Below, piece after piece: positions 61,297 to 64,000 of a stretch of 64,000 nucleotides of DNA. The first letter of the stretch is position 1; every line of letters begins with the position of its first letter. Under the pieces are notes generated by a model. That model was given only the letters and a program-made list of their open reading frames with translations. It was not told the origin of the DNA and made no database searches. The position numbers and the translations under genes are program-made. This DNA comes from Ferruginibacter sp. (GTDB lineage Bacteria > Bacteroidota > Bacteroidia > Chitinophagales > Chitinophagaceae): contig JBAOHS010000008.1 in NCBI GenBank assembly GCA_037045295.1, positions 401,171 to 465,170 on the forward strand, in the 5' to 3' direction.

Positions 61297-62841
61297 ATGA
61301 AAAAATATTTACTCGCCCTTTTAATTCTTTCCAGCACGCAACTAACGGCACAGGTACCCGAAGATGCATTGCGTTTCAGTTGGTATCCGCACAATGGAAC
61401 AGCCCGTATCATGGCAGTTGGCGGTGTGATGGGTTCCCTCGGTGGTGATATCACGGCAACTTATGTAAACCCGGCGGGGTTAGGTTTCTTTAAAACAAGA
61501 GAAGCGGTATTGTCTGCCGGATTGTTGAGGACAGATTATTCAATCAATTACCGCGACAGTAAAAATGAATACAATAAGAATAGTTTTTCATTTGCGCCAA
61601 GTGGTGTAATTATTGGTGCACCTAACCGTTACAATAAAACGAAGAGCAGTGCATTCAGTATTGCTTTCAGTCAGCAAGCCAGTTTTAAAAATGATATCCG
61701 TTACAGCGGATTTAATAACTACAGTTCTTTCAGTGAACAATTTGCCGAAGAATTTGCCAAAAGCAACCAGAGCATTTCTGATGTTCTCTTCAGTAATTCA
61801 TCCATGCCTTATACAGCAGCTCCGGCCTTATTCACTTACCTGATTGATACAGTTAGAATAAATGGTTTGTTACAGGTTAAAGCGGCACCGGAATACCTGC
61901 TGGATTCGGGCAAAGCAGTTTTCCAGGATATGAATAAATCTACCAGAGGAGGTATTTATGAACTGGCCGTAGCTTTTGCAGAAAACAATAAAGACAAATG
62001 GTACTGGGGTGTTACATTGGGTATTCCGATCATCAGTTACCAGAGTACAACGATCTTCACAGAATCTGATCTTTCCGGAGATACATCAAACCGTTTCAAT
62101 TCCTTCAGATTTACAGATGATTTTAAAACAACCGGTGTTGGTGCCAATCTGAAATTCGGTGTTATCTATCGTCCGCAGGATTATATCCGGCTTGGACTGG
62201 CTGTACATACGCCCAGCATTATGTCACTAACGGATACGCGTAGTACCAGTTTAGTAACTTCACTTGAAAATCCGGTTAAAGAGTTCAATGCCAGTTCAAA
62301 CTTATTTACTAACGGAGAGCCAGGTGAAAGTAAATATTTTCAAACTACGCCATGGAAAGCCATCCTGAGTGCTTCTTATGTATTCCGTGAAATAGAAAAC
62401 ACCAAGAAACAAAGGGCATTTATTTCTGCTGATGTTGAATATGTGCATCACCGAGGAAGCAGGTTCCAGAGTTACAATGAAGAACCAACAGAAGAAGAAA
62501 AAGCTTATTTCAAATCGTTGAATAAAGTGATTAAAAACGATTACAAAGGAACTTTCAATTTCAGGGTTGGTGGAGAATTAAAATTCAATACGATCATGGG
62601 CAGACTTGGATTTGCTTATTATACCAATCCTTACCAGGATGCCGCATTAAAAGCCAACAGGATGATGCTGAGTGGTGGACTGGGTTACCGCAACAATGGA
62701 TTTTTCATCGATCTTACTTATGTACACAGTGTGCAGAAAAATGTTGATATGCCTTATCGCCTCGAAGATCGTGACAATACTTTTGCCAATCTTAACCAGA
62801 CACAGGGAAACATCATTGCAACATTTGGTGTGAAGTTTTAA
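61297..62841 (+). CDS. OmpP1/FadL family outer-membrane protein
   Basis: GTARIMAVGG..GSLGGD.TA...NPAGLG N-terminal hatch motif; C-terminal GVKF. Confidence 0.85.
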   Translation: MKKYLLALLILSSTQLTAQVPEDALRFSWYPHNGTARIMAVGGVMGSLGGDITATYVNPAGLGFFKTREAVLSAGLLRTDYSINYRDSKNEYNKNSFSFAPSGVIIGAPNRYNKTKSSAFSIAFSQQASFKNDIRYSGFNNYSSFSEQFAEEFAKSNQSISDVLFSNSSMPYTAAPALFTYLIDTVRINGLLQVKAAPEYLLDSGKAVFQDMNKSTRGGIYELAVAFAENNKDKWYWGVTLGIPIISYQSTTIFTESDLSGDTSNRFNSFRFTDDFKTTGVGANLKFGVIYRPQDYIRLGLAVHTPSIMSLTDTRSTSLVTSLENPVKEFNASSNLFTNGEPGESKYFQTTPWKAILSASYVFREIENTKKQRAFISADVEYVHHRGSRFQSYNEEPTEEEKAYFKSLNKVIKNDYKGTFNFRVGGELKFNTIMGRLGFAYYTNPYQDAALKANRMMLSGGLGYRNNGFFIDLTYVHSVQKNVDMPYRLEDRDNTFANLNQTQGNIIATFGVKF

Positions 62842-62851
62842 CTAAACGGAT

Positions 62852-63751
62852 CTATTTGATTTTTTCGTGGATAAAAGCCAATACCTCATCGTATTCCGGC
62901 CTTAACCATTGATATTCTGGATCTTTTTTAAACCAGGTGAGTTGCCTTTTGGCATAATGACGGGTATTCTGCTGAATCAGTTCTACAGCACGTTCCAGCG
63001 AATGTTTGCCGCCAAAATAGTCAAACAATTCCCGGTATCCAACAGTTTGCAATGCATTGAGGTTCCGAAAAGGATAAACTGATTTCGCTTCAGCCTCCAG
63101 GCCATCCATCATCATCTGTTTCACCCGTTGATTAATGCGGTCATATAATATTTCCCTGGGCAATTCGAGTGCAATTTTTATAATGGAAAAATCACGTTGG
63201 GCTTTTTTCCCTTTTTGCAAAACAAGAATCGACTGGCCGGTTTGTTCCATCACTTCCAGTGCACGCATCATACGCCGGGGATTGTTACAATCTCCTTCTT
63301 TCCAGAACAATGGATCTTTTAGTTGCACCTGCCATTGCAGCCACTCCATTCCTCCTTTTTCATACGCTGCTGTGATGTTATTTCTAACAGATTCCTCTGC
63401 TGGTGGAATTTCATCCATGCCTTCGCAGAGCGCTTTCAGGTATAATCCTGTACCTCCGGTTACAATGGCAATATCATTATTTAAGAAAATCGTTTTGAGT
63501 GACCGGAGTGCATATTGTTCAAAATCGGCGGCCGACAGCTCTTCGTGAATGGAATGAGAATCGATGAAATGATGCTTTACTTTTTCCAGTTCATCAGCAG
63601 ATGGTTTTGCCACCCCGATGGAAATCTCACGGTAACACTGACGGCTATCCGCAGATATAATTTCTGTTGAAAAGTATTCAGCCAGTTGAATGGCGAGGGC
63701 TGTTTTTCCAACCGCAGTCGGGCCAGCGAGTATAATGCAGGTTTTTTGCAT
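62852..63751 (-). CDS. miaA: tRNA dimethylallyltransferase
   Basis: GPTAVGKT, SADSRQ, GGTGLY, QTVGYRE, TRHYAKRQLTWF. Confidence 0.97.
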   Translation of the reverse strand: MQKTCIILAGPTAVGKTALAIQLAEYFSTEIISADSRQCYREISIGVAKPSADELEKVKHHFIDSHSIHEELSAADFEQYALRSLKTIFLNNDIAIVTGGTGLYLKALCEGMDEIPPAEESVRNNITAAYEKGGMEWLQWQVQLKDPLFWKEGDCNNPRRMMRALEVMEQTGQSILVLQKGKKAQRDFSIIKIALELPREILYDRINQRVKQMMMDGLEAEAKSVYPFRNLNALQTVGYRELFDYFGGKHSLERAVELIQQNTRHYAKRQLTWFKKDPEYQWLRPEYDEVLAFIHEKIK

Positions 63752-63812
63752 GATCTGGTGCTGAGTTTGTACAGAACTCTACAACAAATGATTGTTAATT
63801 TATAGTGGGAGA

Positions 63813-64000
63813 TCAGAAACCGTCATTGGCTTCATCGGCTACTACATCATCTTCACCCTGTGCATCTTCTTCTCCATCTTCACCTTCTTCACCAAAACCA
63901 TCTTTCATGGCATCAGGCTGCAGATCATATTTTTCTTCCATTTCTGCCAGCCTGCTGTCGATGATTCCTTTGGTGCCATATTGTGATGGAGCGATTCCTT
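63813..64000 (-). CDS. 3' end of a gene running off the right edge, with an acidic tail and a probable +1 indel at about 63908
   Basis: ...GIAPSQYGTKGIIDSRLAEMEEKYDL.. continues after a frame switch (GCCC read as GCC) as DGFGEEGEDGEEDAQGEDD..GF*. Confidence 0.55.
   Translation of the reverse strand, partial: GIAPSQYGTKGIIDSRLAEMEEKYDLQPDAMKDGFGEEGEDGEEDAQGEDDVVADEANDGF

Noticed and set aside
1-64000. Mobile element, prophage or defence island
   Set aside because: No transposase, integrase, reverse transcriptase, phage structural or recognisable defence genes were seen in any ORF.

Overview
A 64 kb chromosomal segment from a Bacteroidetes bacterium. Chitinophagaceae-like origin is inferred from the gene content, the TAnnTTTG promoters and the T9SS cargo genes. 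Positions 1-22 kb hold four co-oriented minus-strand T9SS cargo genes: an intact 2769-aa adhesin-like protein, two giant paralogues broken by many small indels that look like uncorrected long-read errors, and a 368-aa protein made only of their shared C-terminal module. The standout feature is at 22166-23047. A normal tRNA-Val(UAC) gene is followed by six tandem 134-135 bp units. Each unit is a terminator hairpin plus a tRNA-Val look-alike whose anticodon stem and T-loop are both replaced by the same TCCCGA/TCGGGA palindromic stem, while the TAC anticodon loop is kept. This is not CRISPR, because there are no unique spacers. The rest is mostly housekeeping: clpS, tex, valS, ahcY, an ECF sigma pair, tcdA, pdxJ, a transaldolase, SRP RNA, the T9SS plug, truB, a MoxR/DUF58 cluster, proS and miaA. 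It also has an odd trpG-trpC-trpF trio in which the intact TrpC and TrpF ORFs have lost catalytic or substrate-binding residues, and a possible small attenuator at about 36.1 kb. All family assignments come from recognising motifs by eye; no database searches were run.
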